Positions 1-12,624 of a stretch of 64,000 bases of DNA are shown here, one piece after another (the first letter of the stretch is position 1; the number at the start of each line of letters is the position of its first letter). Under the pieces are notes generated by a model. That model searched no databases and was not told the origin of the DNA. It saw nothing but the letters and a program-made list of their open reading frames with translations. A program made the translations under genes and the position numbers. The DNA is from Macrostomum lignano (taxonomy: Eukaryota), in NCBI GenBank assembly GCA_002269645.1, contig NIVC01002706.1:84337-148336 (forward strand). Reading direction: 5' to 3'.

Positions 1-815
1 GACCCAGAATGAAAACAGAGTGACCCACTTTTAAATTACTGTGACCCATATGTACTCAGACTTGAACTTGCAGTGCGACCCATAGTTAAAAGTTCTGTGA
101 CCCAGATTTGAAGAACTGTGACCCAGGTGACCCAGATTTGAAGCACTGTGACCCAGATGACCCAGATGACCCAGATTTGAAGCACTGTGACCCAGATGAC
201 CCAGGTGACCCAGATTTGAAGCACTGTGACCCAGATGATCCAGATGACCCAGATTTGAAGCACTGTGACCCAGATGACCCAGATGACCCAGATTTGAAGC
301 ACTGTGACCCAGATGACCCAGGTGACCCTTATTTGAAGAAATATAAATTTGACCCAGGTGACCCAGATTTGAAAGCAATGTGACCCAGGTGACCCAGATG
401 ACCCATTATTTTGAAGCACTGTTACCCAGGTTTGAAGAAATGTGACCCAGGTGACCCAGATTTGAAGCACTGTGACCTAGATGACCCAGACGACCCAGAA
501 TGGAAGCAATATTCACAGGTGACCCAGAGTTGAAGCGCTGTGATCCAGGTGACCCAGGTGACCCAGATTTGAAGCTCTGTGATATAGCTGACCCAGACGA
601 CCCAGAATGGAAGCAATATTCACAGGTGACCCAGAGTTGAAGCGCTGTGATCCAGGTGACCCAGGTGACCCAGATTTGAAGCTCTGTGATATAGCTGACC
701 CAGACGACCCAGAATGGAAGCAATATTCACAGGTGACCCAGAGTTGAAGCGCTGTGACCCAGGTGACCCAGATGACCTAGATTTGAAGTAAATTGACCCA
801 GACTTGACCTAACAG
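1..815. repeat. Compound minisatellite built on GACCCAG(A/G)T 9-mers, with ~39-bp units and a ~120-bp duplicated block
   Basis: Recurrent CCCAGATTTGAAGCACTGTGACCCAGATGACCCAG. Confidence 0.9.
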
Positions 816-1669
816 TGTGACCCAGCACTCACCTCTCAATAGGCAAGCAACCTTTTTACATCATTGCTGGCCTGCCAGCCTGATAAACGAGCTCAGCCCC
901 TACAGAATGCGCAAGCACTCCAGAATTTGTCACCTCCAGCCCCCTCGCCACTCCCCTCCATTTACTCCGGCCTCTCAATCCAGTGCAGAGCTGCCCAGAA
1001 TTTGCATAGTGAGATCGGCCAGGCACCGGCCAAGGCCCGGTGATTAACTTGATTAACGGCGACTCCCGGAAGCCTCGCGCCCGGCGCCTCCGTTGAGACA
1101 GCAAAAGCCATGCAGGCTTAAACAGATCCAGCCCGCCCAGCCCCAGCAGTCCGGCTTCAAGGACTCAAGCGGCCACCTGTCACAGCTTGTTAACTGACCG
1201 GCTTGTCAAGGGCGTCGCGGGGGGGGGGGGTACATCGCAGTGAAGGAGGAGGCGGAGTAGGACTGCTCAACCGCGAGATTGATTTTCCTGAGTTTCCTTG
1301 GCCGAAACTCTCCCAGCCTGCCTTGGCTTAAAGCTAGATCGCAAATAAGAGCTAGGTTACTTTCACCGAGTCTGTCGCTTCTCAGACTTGGCTGTCGCTA
1401 GCACTCGATCGCCCAACTCGTCACTCGCTCACTCACACCTGAGCAGTGAGTTCTACTCAGGTGTAATGGCTTCTGCAGTTGGCAGTTCCTGTTCCAGGTG
1501 AAACCGCGAATGTTTCAACTATAACTTTCTTTATTTAGGTTATTAAAGTTCACCTAATTAAAATTATCTAGCATCTTAAACCATCTGAAGATGATCACAA
1601 GAGTGGGGTTGAGAGACTGGTTGAGACTATAGAAGAGACGCGGAAATGCAGAGGTTGAGAAATGGCGCA

Positions 1670-2185
1670 AAAACATACTGAGAGAGACATGGTGAGATAC
1701 TGAGAGAGAGACAGGGTGAGATACTGAGAGATGCACGGTAAGATATTGAAAGAGGCTGAGATACTGAGAGAGAGGCAATGTGAGATACCGAGAGAGACAG
1801 GGTGAGATACTGAGAGAGAGACATGGTGAGATACTAAGAGAGAGGCAGGGTGAGATACTGAGAGAGAGGCAAGGTGAGATACTAAGAGAGAGACAGGGTG
1901 AGATGCTCTGAGAGAGACAGGGTGAGGTACTGAGAGAGAGACAGGGTGAGATACTGAGAGAGAGGCAAGGTGAGATACTGAGAGAGACAGGCTGAAATAC
2001 TCTGAGAGAGACAGGGTGAGATACTGAGAGAGACATGATGAGATACTAAGAGAGACAGAGTAAGGTATTGAGAGAGGCAGGGTGAGATACGGAGAGAGAC
2101 AGGGTGGGATACGGAGAGAGACAGGGTGAGATATTAAGAGAGGTAGAGGGCGAGACACTGAAAGAGACACAGTGAGATACTGAAG
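1670..2185. repeat. Degenerate ~24-bp GA-rich minisatellite
   Basis: GGTGAGATACTGAGAGAGAGACAG units. Confidence 0.9.
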
Positions 2186-4144
2186 GAGAGAGCAAGAAAA
2201 AGCGAGAGAATAGCATTGAACAGAAAGAGCCGATATCTGCAGAGACGAGAGAAAGACAAATGTTTGAGCTGAAGCCTCTGGCATTTAAAACCAAGCATTT
2301 GAGGTTAATAACATACCCGCCCCAATAGTCCCTGCCGAAAGCGAAGTTGTGTCAAACCTCCGCCAGCCTTGTGCGTGCGCGCTGATAGGAATTTTCCAGG
2401 AAACCGTCAGCCGGATTTCATCAGAGCTCTCGAACACCCGACAAGAACACAACAAGCGCATAGTTGCTGCAAAGTTCCAAGACGCTCGAAACGTTTTCGA
2501 TTTCGATTTTCGAGGGGACATGAACGGAAATCAAAGAACTAATCCCAACCCCGGCTGAACTTCTGCCTGCTACACAAAAGGAATTGCAAGCTGATCAATG
2601 CGGTCCGTGGTCACGATGGAGCTGCGACAGAAATGAGACAGAGAGCATCAGAGACGAGATCTGCCGCCTTGTCCTCAAGCTGTGAGCGATGGACTGTGAA
2701 ATTCTATTGGACATGTTTCCGACTGGCGTGCGCCAGCTTTGTATTGAGAATCGGATTTGAAAGTGCTCTGGCCATCTAGTATCCCAGTCCTTCTTCTTCT
2801 TGAATTCTCCCTCCGCCCCAGTCAGCTGTCTCAGGTCGTCGTCGAGCCGGAGAAAGCTGAGACGCAAGCCCAGAATAGGAGCAAGAGGAAGAAAAACGGT
2901 GGTGGCAGCTAAGTGCTAATGAGGGCCGCTGATCTGCTTTCAGTCGTCAGTGTTTCACCCCATCCCGATCCCCCCCAACTGCTTTTTATCGCCACCCGGG
3001 AGGCTGGGAGCTCCATCACTCCGAGCCCGCCAGGCTGGGATCGGATTTCGGAGGAGGAAGGCCGCGGTACTTTTCTATAGGAGCCAGCAGAAGAAGAAAT
3101 GCAGCAAGAAACACCTCCCCCCATCTCCCTGGCTTTTTAAAGGCGGAGAGTGGCTTTCAGAATTGGAGAGCGGCGCTGCACGCGTCGCGTCATACAAAAG
3201 GCCCTCAGTGCATCTCTCTTAGCGCTCCTCTTTAACTTTTCACAGTATCATTCCTTTGCTCCGGCTTTGACTTTGCCTGACTTGGGCCTGGTCGCTTTTA
3301 AAAGCAGCGCCTCCTTCTCGTTCCATCTTATCTTGCACGCTCGCTTTTCTCTGTGTTTTTCCCGTCGCGCTGTGCCCTTATCTCTGCAGTGGGATTTTAT
3401 CCCTTGTTGAGCAGGCGGGATGGCTGGCAGTTTCGGTTTAGAAGCTTCTGCAGTGGAAAGCAGATTTTTTCATTCTATTTCGCAACTGTTTCAGCCCCGG
3501 CCTGTCTGTCTGCTTCAACTGTTCGGATTTCTGTTCAAAAAGTTAAATCGATTCTTTTCCGCTCTGGCCATAAAAACAAAATGAGCCCGAGGAGGAGTAG
3601 TGGGGCCCAAGGAGGGGGGAGGGGGGTTGCCCAGACTTCAGCCGGCCCTGGTCAATTAAACTTCATCGCCTCATTTAGCTCCCAATGGGTTGGGGATCCG
3701 CAAGAGAGGGTGGGAACTAGGAGAGAGAGATGGGAAAAGTGGGGACGGCAGAGGCAGCTGCTGGGAATTAAGAGTTGCAGCAAGAGGACGCTTTGAGACC
3801 ACTTGTCGCAGATGGGGAACTCAGGACCAGACAAGCCCCCCAAGGAATTAGTCCTGAGGGCGCCGGTGCAGGGGGTTAGTCACCAATTAAGAAGCTGCTG
3901 CTGCTGCTGCTGCTGTTTGGGGAGGGAGCCGCCGAGATCGCGCGAACAGAAACTCAATTTGATGCGGTGACAGCTTAGGAGACTGGGGAATGAGGAGGGC
4001 TGCGCTGCGGGGTCACTTTTTGGGAGGGATTGGATGGAGAAGTGGAGTCCGATTTTGGGATATCGAGGGCGAGACTCAATGAGAGAATAGGAGAGGAAGT
4101 CAGAGATTAGAGGAAGAGGGGCAAACCAGATTTATTGGGAAAGA

Positions 4145-4630
4145 TGGGAGAGGTAGAGAAGGCATGGGTAGCTGATGGCTAGAGGGGTAGAGAAGGCATG
4201 GGTAGCTGATGGCTAGAGGGGTAGAGAAGGCATGGGTAGCTGATGGCTAGAGGGGTAGAGAAAAGGTAGATGGAGGCGGAGGGTAGAGAAGGCAAGATAG
4301 ATTATGGCAGGGGTAGAGAAGGCAGGGTAGATGATGGTAGAGGGGTAGAGAAGGCAGGGTAGATGATGGCAGAGGGGTAGAGAAGGCAGGGTAGATGATG
4401 GCAGAGGGGTAGAGAAGGCAGGGTAGATTATGGTAGAGGGGTAGAGAAGGCATGATAGATGATGGCAGAGGGGTAGAGAAGGCAGGGTAGATGATGGCAG
4501 AGGGGTAGAGAAGGCAGGGTAGATTATGGTAGAGGGGTAGAGAAGGCATGATAGATGATGGCAGAGGGGTAGAGAAGGCAGGGTAGATGATGGCAGAGGG
4601 GTAGAGAAGTCAAGGTAGGTGAGGGCAGAG
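4145..4630. repeat. 32-bp purine-rich minisatellite
   Basis: GGGGTAGAGAAGGCAGGGTAGATGATGGCAGA units. Confidence 0.9.
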
Positions 4631-5244
4631 GGTAGATAAGACATGACAGGCGGTGTCAAAAACACTGATGACAAAAGATGACATCAAGCTGACACATTCC
4701 ACTAGATAGAGTCAGCACAGTGAAGCAGTCAGCAATTTTGATTTAAATAAAACAGGCGGGGGCCGCCAGATGGCAGCAGATTGATAAGGGGAACAGAGCC
4801 TGTCTGTCAGTTTCCTGTCTGACAGTTTTTGTCCCGCATGCAGAGGCGACGGTGGAAGCCGCCCAAATCCGGGACTTTGCGCTCCTGCATTGCTTGGAGG
4901 GAATCAGCTGTAATCTCTCCGCTATTGCTGTGCGGCAAGAATTAGGGAAGCTGGAACGCCTGCATCGAAATTTCTTTGCTTAAACGTCGCCTACAAGCGA
5001 AGTTACAAGAAGCTGTTGAATTTTTAACTAAAACTATTGCAACATGTTTGTCCTGATTGCTGCTTCCGCCAGCCCCGGCTCCTAATAAAGTCTCCTAGCT
5101 GTAAAGCTTTTACCTGTTCTGAAATTATTTTCTTTAAAACTGAAAGTATTAGTACAATGGTAGAACAGTAATTGTACAATCATTCCGTGGCCTGTCTGTC
5201 GATCACTCCTCCCAGATACCCTATGCCTGTCATTTGTTCACTGC

Positions 5245-6345
5245 AACCCACAGCCTCAACCACACCACAGCCTCAACCACACCACAGCCTCAACCACACC
5301 ACAGCCTCAACCACACCACAGCCTCAACCACAGCCTCAACCACAGCCTCAACCACAGCCTCAACCACAGCCTCAACCACACCACAGCCTCAACCACACCA
5401 CAGCCTCAACCACACCACAGCCTCAACCACACAACAGCCTCAACCACACCACAGCCTCAACCACACCACAGCCTCAACCACACCACAGCCTCAACCACAC
5501 CACAGCCTCAACCACACCACAGCCTCAACCACACCACAGCCTCAACCACACCACAGCCTCAACCACACCACAGCCTCAACCACACCACAGCCTCAACCAC
5601 ACCACAGCCTCAACCACACCACAGCCTCAACCACACAACAGCCTCAACCACACCACAGCCTCAACCACACCACAGCCTCAACCACACCACAGCCTCAACC
5701 ACACCACAGCCTCAACCACACCACAGCCTCAACCACACCACAGCCTCAACCACACCACAGCCTCAACCACACCACAGCCTCAACCACACCACAGCCTCAA
5801 CCACACCACAGCCTCAACCACACCACAGCCTCAACCACACAACAGCCTCAACCACACCACAGCCTCAACCACACCACAGCCTCAACCACACCACAGCCTC
5901 AACCACACCACAGCCTCAACCACACCACAGCCTCAACCACACCACAGCCTCAACCACACCACAGCCTCAACCACAGCCTCAACCACAGCCTCAACCACAG
6001 CCTCAACCACAGCCTCAACCACACCACAGCCTCAACCACACCACAGCCTCAACCACACCACAGCCTCAACCACACCACAGCCTCAACCACACAACAGCCT
6101 CAACCACACCACAGCCTCAACCACACCACAGCCTCAACCACACCACAGCCTCAACCACACCACAGCCTCAACCACACCACAGCCTCAACCACACCACAGC
6201 CTCAACCACACAACAGCCTCAACCACACCACAGCCTCAACCACACCACAGCCTCAACCACACCACAGCCTCAACCACACCACAGCCTCAACCACACCACA
6301 GCCTCAACCACACAACAGCCTCAACCACACTATAGCCTCAACCAT
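5245..6345. repeat. 17-bp minisatellite (with 12-bp subunits)
   Basis: CCACACCACAGCCTCAA units. Confidence 0.95.
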
Positions 6346-7134
6346 ATAACGACCTCTCCTTTGTGTGCTCAGTCAGTGCAATTGTTTGAACCCTGGCTGG
6401 CAGTGGATCTCTCACTTATCTATCATTATTCATCGTTGACTTTAATAAGCCAGAAAAGCATTGTTCTCAGGGTGAACTTTGCCTTTACTCTTTAATCTGA
6501 CTACAACTAGAAATTTTAAGATCGCTCCGTACTTCTATTTAGTTTAAAGAGGCGGGCTTAGTCGGCAGAACAAGGCGGCTTCGACACAGGCAGAGGCAGA
6601 GGCGGGAGCGCAAGCTGCGCGGGCGACCTCGCTGCAGGAAGTATTAATTAGTCGCAGGGTGACACGGGCCTTGCCGCCTCTCTGCACCCATTTGGCCCTC
6701 TTGGCCTCCTGCTAAACTCCGTGACAGCTCCCCTTATTCCCCGTATCCCCCCTCTGACATACCTTACAGTTGGGCGTGACAGAGAGAGGCAGAGCTGCTG
6801 AGTGGCGGTGGAGCTTATCTCTGCCCCGCTAAGCGCGTAATTTTCTATTCACCAAAATTCGCACTCTTTCCTGCTGACTCTTGCCGGCGCATCTCTACGA
6901 GCGTAGAAGCAAAATAATTGAAATTTGCATCAGCTGTTTAGTTAATAAAATTCTGGGGCAGAATTATTTATCAGAGTCAGTTAATTGGGGCTGGATATAG
7001 TATCCTTTTTCTATTTATTCCGTATTGCCTTGGCCAATTATAGCAAATAATTCATTGCCAGAATATTGAAAGTAGTGAATTTTAGGCAGCTTATTATTAT
7101 TAGAAAAAATAAAATAATTTCTTACTGCAATATT

Positions 7135-7700
7135 CAAACTAGAACCAATCTGCGAGCGAGCAGGGGGAGGCGAAAATATATTGCGAGCAGTTAGGGTTGC
7201 AGCATTCAAGCTCCAGCCAATCAGGGAGCGAGCAGGGGATGAAAATACATTGCGAGCAGTTAGGGTTGCAGAATTCAAGCTCCAGCCAATCAGCGAGCGA
7301 GCAGGGGACGAAAATATATTGCGAGCAGTTAGGGTTACAGTATTTAAGCTCCAGCCAATCAGCGAGCGAGCAGGGGACGAAAATACATTGCGAGCAGTTA
7401 GGGTGCAGCATTCAAGCTCTAGCCAATCAGCGAGCGAGCAGGGGACGAAAATATATTGCGAGCAGTTAGGGTTACAGTATTTAAGCTCCAGCCAATCAGC
7501 GAGCGAGCAGGGGACGAAAATACATTGCGAGCAGTTAGGGTGCAGCATTCAAGCTCCAGCCAATCAGCGAGCGAGCAGGGGACAAAAATATATTGCGAGC
7601 AGTTAGGGTTACAGTATTTAAGCTCCAGCCAATTAGCGAGCGAGGAGGAAACGAAAATACATAGCGGGCAGATGCATCATTCAAGCTCCAGCCAATTAGC
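7135..7700. repeat. ~60-63-bp tandem repeat carrying CCAAT boxes and TTAGGG
   Basis: About 9 units of AAGCTCCAGCCAATCAGCGAGCGAGCAGGGGACGAAAAT...GCGAGCAGTTAGGG. Confidence 0.9.
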
Positions 7701-7843
7701 TCAGTGGGTTTCCCCACTCGATGGGTAGCCAATAAGCGAGCGAGTAGGGTCAGGGAAAGAGCAGATGCTTTTAGGCTTAAACAGTCCGTTACTTCTTAGC
7801 AAAAAACTAGTCCAATTTTACAACAACAGCCCTTAACTTTCAG

Positions 7844-7997
7844 GCTGCCTATCTTTTATGGTCCCAACCAGTGCAGCATCGTGCGAAATCGGCAGCTACT
7901 GGAGCGAGTGCAGCCGCCGCTACCAAGGAGCTAATCTATTCGATAATTCCTACAATTTTGGCTGGAATCTGACTTTTAGCCTGAAAGACATGTGCAG
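7844..7997 (+). CDS. Cys-rich secreted/GPI-anchored protein (DUF19-like), first identified coding exon
   Basis: TTTCAG| acceptor and AG|GTGCGG donor. One open frame, CLSFMVPTSAASCEIGSYWSECSRRYQG...DMC, looks like the end of a signal peptide plus the mature N-terminus. The upstream exon was not located. Confidence 0.75.
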
Positions 7998-8072
7998 GTG
8001 CGGCTAACAGGACATTATTTATGCAAAGTACAATGTACACTGTCATTATTTCAACTAAAAAATATTTTTTAG

Positions 8073-8227
8073 ACTGCGAAGCCATGTGAAACTGTTGAAG
8101 TGCCTGCACGACTTGATCAACCAGAGATGCGCGGAAAAGATGGACTTTCTCACCATTCAAACTGTGCTGGACTATAAAAGATACGAACGAGCGGCTGACT
8201 TCATCTGTCAGGAGGGCAACATTCAGT
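8073..8227 (+). CDS. Cys-rich secreted/GPI-anchored protein, exon
   Basis: TTTTTTAG| acceptor and T|GTGAGT donor, phase-compatible on both sides. Translation RLRSHVKLLKCLHDLINQRCAEK...YERAADFICQEGNIQ. Confidence 0.85.
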
Positions 8228-8321
8228 GTGAGTTATTTGTTAGTATTTCATGTTTCCGCACACTTTCATGATATTTCATGCGAATGCAACCAGCTCGCAC
8301 CTACTTAAATACCTGTGCCAG

Positions 8322-8532
8322 TGTTCGGGCAGAGCATCGGCTGCCTCGAAAAGTTTCAAGAGGAGGCCAAGGCGTGCGCCAGGCTGCACTCATTCTCTAG
8401 CACCATCAAAACGGCCAACAGGGATATCGAGAGCGCGCTGAATGACCAGTCGGAGGACACGCTGGGAATTCGCACCGACAAGGCCGCCATGCTGCTCTTT
8501 ATGGAGCGCAAGATCAAGCAGAAGCTCTGCTC
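8322..8532 (+). CDS. Cys-rich secreted/GPI-anchored protein, exon
   Basis: TGCCAG| acceptor and TC|GTGAGT donor, phase-compatible. Translation LFGQSIGCLEKFQEEAKACAR...KQKLCS. Confidence 0.85.
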
Positions 8533-8564
8533 GTGAGTGCCCGCCCACATGCTTGCTCTCTGTG

Positions 8565-9000
8565 GCCTCAGCCTCAACCACAGCATCAATTACACCACAG
8601 CATCAATTACACCACAGCTTCAATTACACCGCAGCCTCAACCACACTGCAGTCTCAACCACACCAAACCCTCATCCACAGCCTTAACCACAGCCTCAACA
8701 ACAGCCTCAACCACAGTCTCAACCACAGCCTCAACCACAGTCTCAACCACAGTCTCAACCACAGTCTCAACCACAGCCTCAACCACAGTCTCAACCACAG
8801 CCTCAACCACAGCCTCAACCACAGCCTCAACCACAGCGTCAACCACAGCCTCATCCCCAGCCTCAACCAAAGCCTCAACCACAGCCTCCACCACAGCCTC
8901 AACCACAGCCTCAACCACAGCGTCAACCACAGCCTCATCCCCAGCCTCAACCAAAGCCTCAACCACAGCCTCCACCACAGCCTCAACCAAACCACAGCCT
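8565..9000. repeat. 12-bp intronic minisatellite related to the 5245-6345 array
   Basis: CCACAGCCTCAA units. Confidence 0.92.
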
Positions 9001-9735
9001 CGTGAAGCTCACGTACAAATTACCTAATAAGCTTGAGACACGACAGGAAAACTTAGCCGATGCTTCCAGCAATTTAAATTCTGCTGCTCGCAAAAATTCT
9101 GACCTCAGCCGCAGCAGTTGCGACAACGGACTCAAGGATGAGCAAAGCCGGAGCAGTCGGAAATGAGATTTCACTGCCACAGGAAACTGGACAGGATTGC
9201 CTAGGGGGGAAGTTCTTTCTTTCTGAGGAAGAAAACGACCTCATGCCGACTGTGCTCGGGAGAAGTCTCGGACTCGACTCGCTTGACCGATCTCACCCGA
9301 TTCAGGGGGGCATTGGGGCAGGTCATTTCGGCTGGGCAAAGCTCCAGATAGGCTGTCCCGGCTATTTTTTATCTCTCAGCAATGATGATGAAGCAAGTCG
9401 TTTGGCCAAGTCGAAATCGATGCCCAACCATTTGATCAGAGAGTTGCAGAGAGCCAAATTTCACTACAAATTATTCTATCACTAATAGTCTGGTAAATTA
9501 TATTATAGAAAGGAGGAAAATATCCAGACAAAAATTCTCATTTTTGATCAATCCAGCTCATATTTAAATAAAACTTATCCAGTTAAAACTCTAAACGCAA
9601 AAAAATTCACTAGTTTTTTTTTAAAGTCACCTACTTCTAGTAGAACAAAATGAGTATTGGTATCGGTTTTTGCGCGAGAATTGACTGAGCACGATTGTCC
9701 GCTGTGACAGTTGCCTGTTTTGCTTGGTTGGCTAC

Positions 9736-10614
9736 TGTCTCTACAGGTAGCTAATTGTCTCTGCAAGTAGCTAATTGTCTCTGCAGGTAGCTAATTGTCT
9801 CTGCAGGTAGCTAATTGTCTCTACAGGTAGCTAATTGTCTCTGCAGGTAGCTAATTGTCTCTGCAGGTAGCTAATTGTCTCTGCAAGTAGCTAATTGTCT
9901 CCACAGGTAGCTAATTGTCTCTGCAGGTAGTTAATTGTCTCTGCAGGTAGCTAATTGTCTCTGCAGGTAGCTAATTGTCTCTGCAAGTAGCTAATTGTCT
10001 CTGCAGGTAGCTAATTGTCTCTGCAGGTAGCTAATTGTCTCTACAGGTAGCTAATTGTCTCTGCAAGTAGCTAATTGTCTCTGCAGGTAGCTAATTGTCT
10101 CTGCAGGTAGCTAATTGTCTATGCAGGTAGCTAATTGTCTCTGCAGGTAGTTAATTGTCTCTGCAGGTAGCTAATTGTCTCTGCAGGTAGCTAATTGTCT
10201 CTGCAGGTAGCTAATTGTCTCTGCAGGTAGTTAATTGTCTCTGCAGGTAGCTAATTGTCTCTGCAGGTAGCTAATTGTCTCTGCAGGTAGCTAATTGTCT
10301 CTGCAGGTAGCTAATTGTCTCTACAGGTAGCTAATTGTCTCTACAGGTAGCTAATTGTCTCTACAGGTAGCTAATTGTCTCTGCAAGTAGCTAATTGTCT
10401 CTGCAGGTAGCTAATTGTCTCTGCAAGTAGCTAATTGTCTCTACAGGTAGCTAATTGTCTCTGCAGGTAGCTTATTGTCTCTGCAGGTAGCTAATTGTCT
10501 CTACAGGTAGTTAATTGTCTCTGCAGGTAGCTAATTGTCTCTGCAGGTAGCTAATTGTCTCTACAGGTAGCTAATTGTCTCTGCAGGTAGCTAATTGTCT
10601 CTGCAGGTAGCTAG
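9736..10614. repeat. 20-bp intronic minisatellite
   Basis: About 43 copies of GTAGCTAATTGTCTCTGCAG. Confidence 0.97.
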
Positions 10615-10938
10615 TTGGCACTGCAGGTAATTGGAACTGCAGGTAATTAGCACAACAGGTAATTGGCACAACAGGTAATTAGCACCGCAGGTAATTGGAG
10701 CTGCAGGTAATTAGCACTGCAGGTAATTAGCACTGCAGGTAATTAGCACAACAGGTAATTAGCACTGCAGGTAATTGGAACTGCAGGTAATTGGAGCTGC
10801 AGGTAATTAGCACTGCAGGTAATTAGCACTGCAGGTAATTAGCACTGCAGGTAATTAGAGCTGCAGGTAATTAGCACTGCAGGTAATTAGCACTGCAGGT
10901 AATTAGCACTGCAGGTAATTAGCACTGCAGGTAATTGG
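10615..10938. repeat. 16-bp intronic minisatellite abutting the 20-bp array
   Basis: About 20 copies of GTAATTAGCACTGCAG. Confidence 0.95.
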
Positions 10939-10965
10939 ATGTCAACACGCTCCCTTTTCCCGCAG

Positions 10966-11302
10966 AGACCGACGAAAAGTAGTCGAATGCGTTGAGCGTC
11001 TTCTACTCAACGACCGACATCTGTGCCCCAGCTCCAGCATCCGCCTAGTAACCAGATACTACTCGCTCCTGCTGCCCGACACCTGCAGCTACGTTGAGCT
11101 GTCCCCAGCCGTCGCTTCGCCGGGCGGCGGCGAAGTCGCTTCGTCATCGAGTCGATACGAAACCGGCCAGACAAACGAATACGGGGCCAGCGTCGGCCGG
11201 GTCAACCGCGGCAACGGAGCTATCGGGACAGCCAACTTCAGGTCGTCTGCTATCCTTGCAGTCAGCGCTGCTGTGGCTGCCGCAGTCAGATGCGTGTTCT
11301 AA
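10966..11302 (+). CDS. Cys-rich secreted/GPI-anchored protein, terminal exon with GPI-signal-like tail
   Basis: CCCTTTTCCCGCAG| acceptor, phase 2 matching the previous donor. Translation SDRRKVVECVERLL...HLCP...DTCS, then an S/G-rich spacer and the hydrophobic end SSAILAVSAAVAAAVRCVF*. Confidence 0.8.
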
Positions 11303-11449
11303 CCCGGACTGCAGCTGCCTGTCCTGACTGGCATTGAGCTGAGTCAGCTGCTTCTTCTGTGCAAGCAAAGCGCCTGTGACTCCTGCATGTATTGTTTTCT
11401 TTGAATCTCGCCCAATACAACTGTGCCCTCTACAGTCATCCCACTGTTT

Positions 11450-12130
11450 TCCTCCCTCCCTACCCCCTGTCCCCTCCCTCTTTGCCCCTTGTCCCTCCCT
11501 CTCTGCCCCCTGTCCCCTCCCTCTTTGCCCCTTGTCCCTCCCTCTCTGCCCCCTGTCCCCTCCCTCTTTGCCCCTTGTCCCTCCCTCTCTGCCCCTGTCT
11601 GCCCCTGTTCCCTCCCTCTCTGTCCCCTGTCCCCTCCCTCTTTGCCCCCTGTCCCTCCCTCTCTGCCCCTGTCTGCCCTGTTCCCTCCCTCTCTGTCCCC
11701 TGTCCCTCCCTCTCTACCCCCTGTCCCCTCCCTCTTTGCCCCCTGTCCCTCCCTCTCTGCCCCTGTCTGCCCCTGTTCCCTCCCTCTCTGTCCCCTGTCC
11801 CCTCCCTCTTTGCCCCCTGTCCCTCCCTCTCTGCCCCTGTCTGCCCTGTTCCCTCCCTCTCTGTCCCCTGTCCCTCCCTCTCTACCCCCTGTCCCCTCCC
11901 TCTTTGCCCCCTGTCCCTCCCTCTCTGCCCCTGTCTGCCCCTGTTCCCTCCCTCTCTGTCCCCTGTCCCTCCCTCTCTACCCCCTGTCCCCTCCCTCTTT
12001 GCCCCCTGTCCTTCCCTCTCTACCCCCTGTCCCTCCCTCTCTGCCCCTGTCTGCCCTGTTCCCTCCCTCTCTGTTCCCTGTTCCCTCCCTCTCTGTCCCC
12101 TGTCCCTCCCTCTCTACCCCTGTCCTCCCC
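11450..12130. repeat. Polypyrimidine compound minisatellite
   Basis: CCCCTGTCCCTCCCTCTCTG-type units with ~120-bp higher-order blocks. Confidence 0.9.
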
Positions 12131-12624
12131 TTTCTGTTTAAAATGTTTTCTAACAATGTGAGCCACGTGTATTTTTTCTATCTTTGCTGTGGCTGTTTCC
12201 CTATCTTAAAGTTTTCGAATTGTTGCTTAAGAATATTTCAGTTATTAATATCCACAGGGGCCTGTAAATATCTGCATGCTTGGTTTGCGGTGTACCTTTC
12301 AATTGTACCCCTTTACTAATAGAAATTATTAATGAAGTTTGTGACGACAAGCAACCACTGAATTCTATAAAAATCAAAACCCTCTAATTTGTATGCGAGT
12401 GTGACTAATCAACTTGTAGATCCTGCTTATAGTTTGCACTTTTGTAGTCTGCTAGATGATTAGAATTTGCGTTGAATTTTTCAATTCTAATGCCGGCACT
12501 GAGCATTTAAGCCAAGTCTAGAGCCCCTGTTCCATGCATCTTGAAGTGCGAATGCTTAGTGTGCGCACATCTGGACTGGCGTATCTATCTTGTGAAATCT
12601 GTGCACTTTTAGCTCGTGATAATT

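Noticed and set aside
2285-2867. Non-repetitive ORFs (FLRLDDDLRQL...DWDTRW; IENVSSVLELCSNY)
   Set aside because: There is only faint resemblance to hAT or BTB motifs, and I could not build a consistent exon chain.
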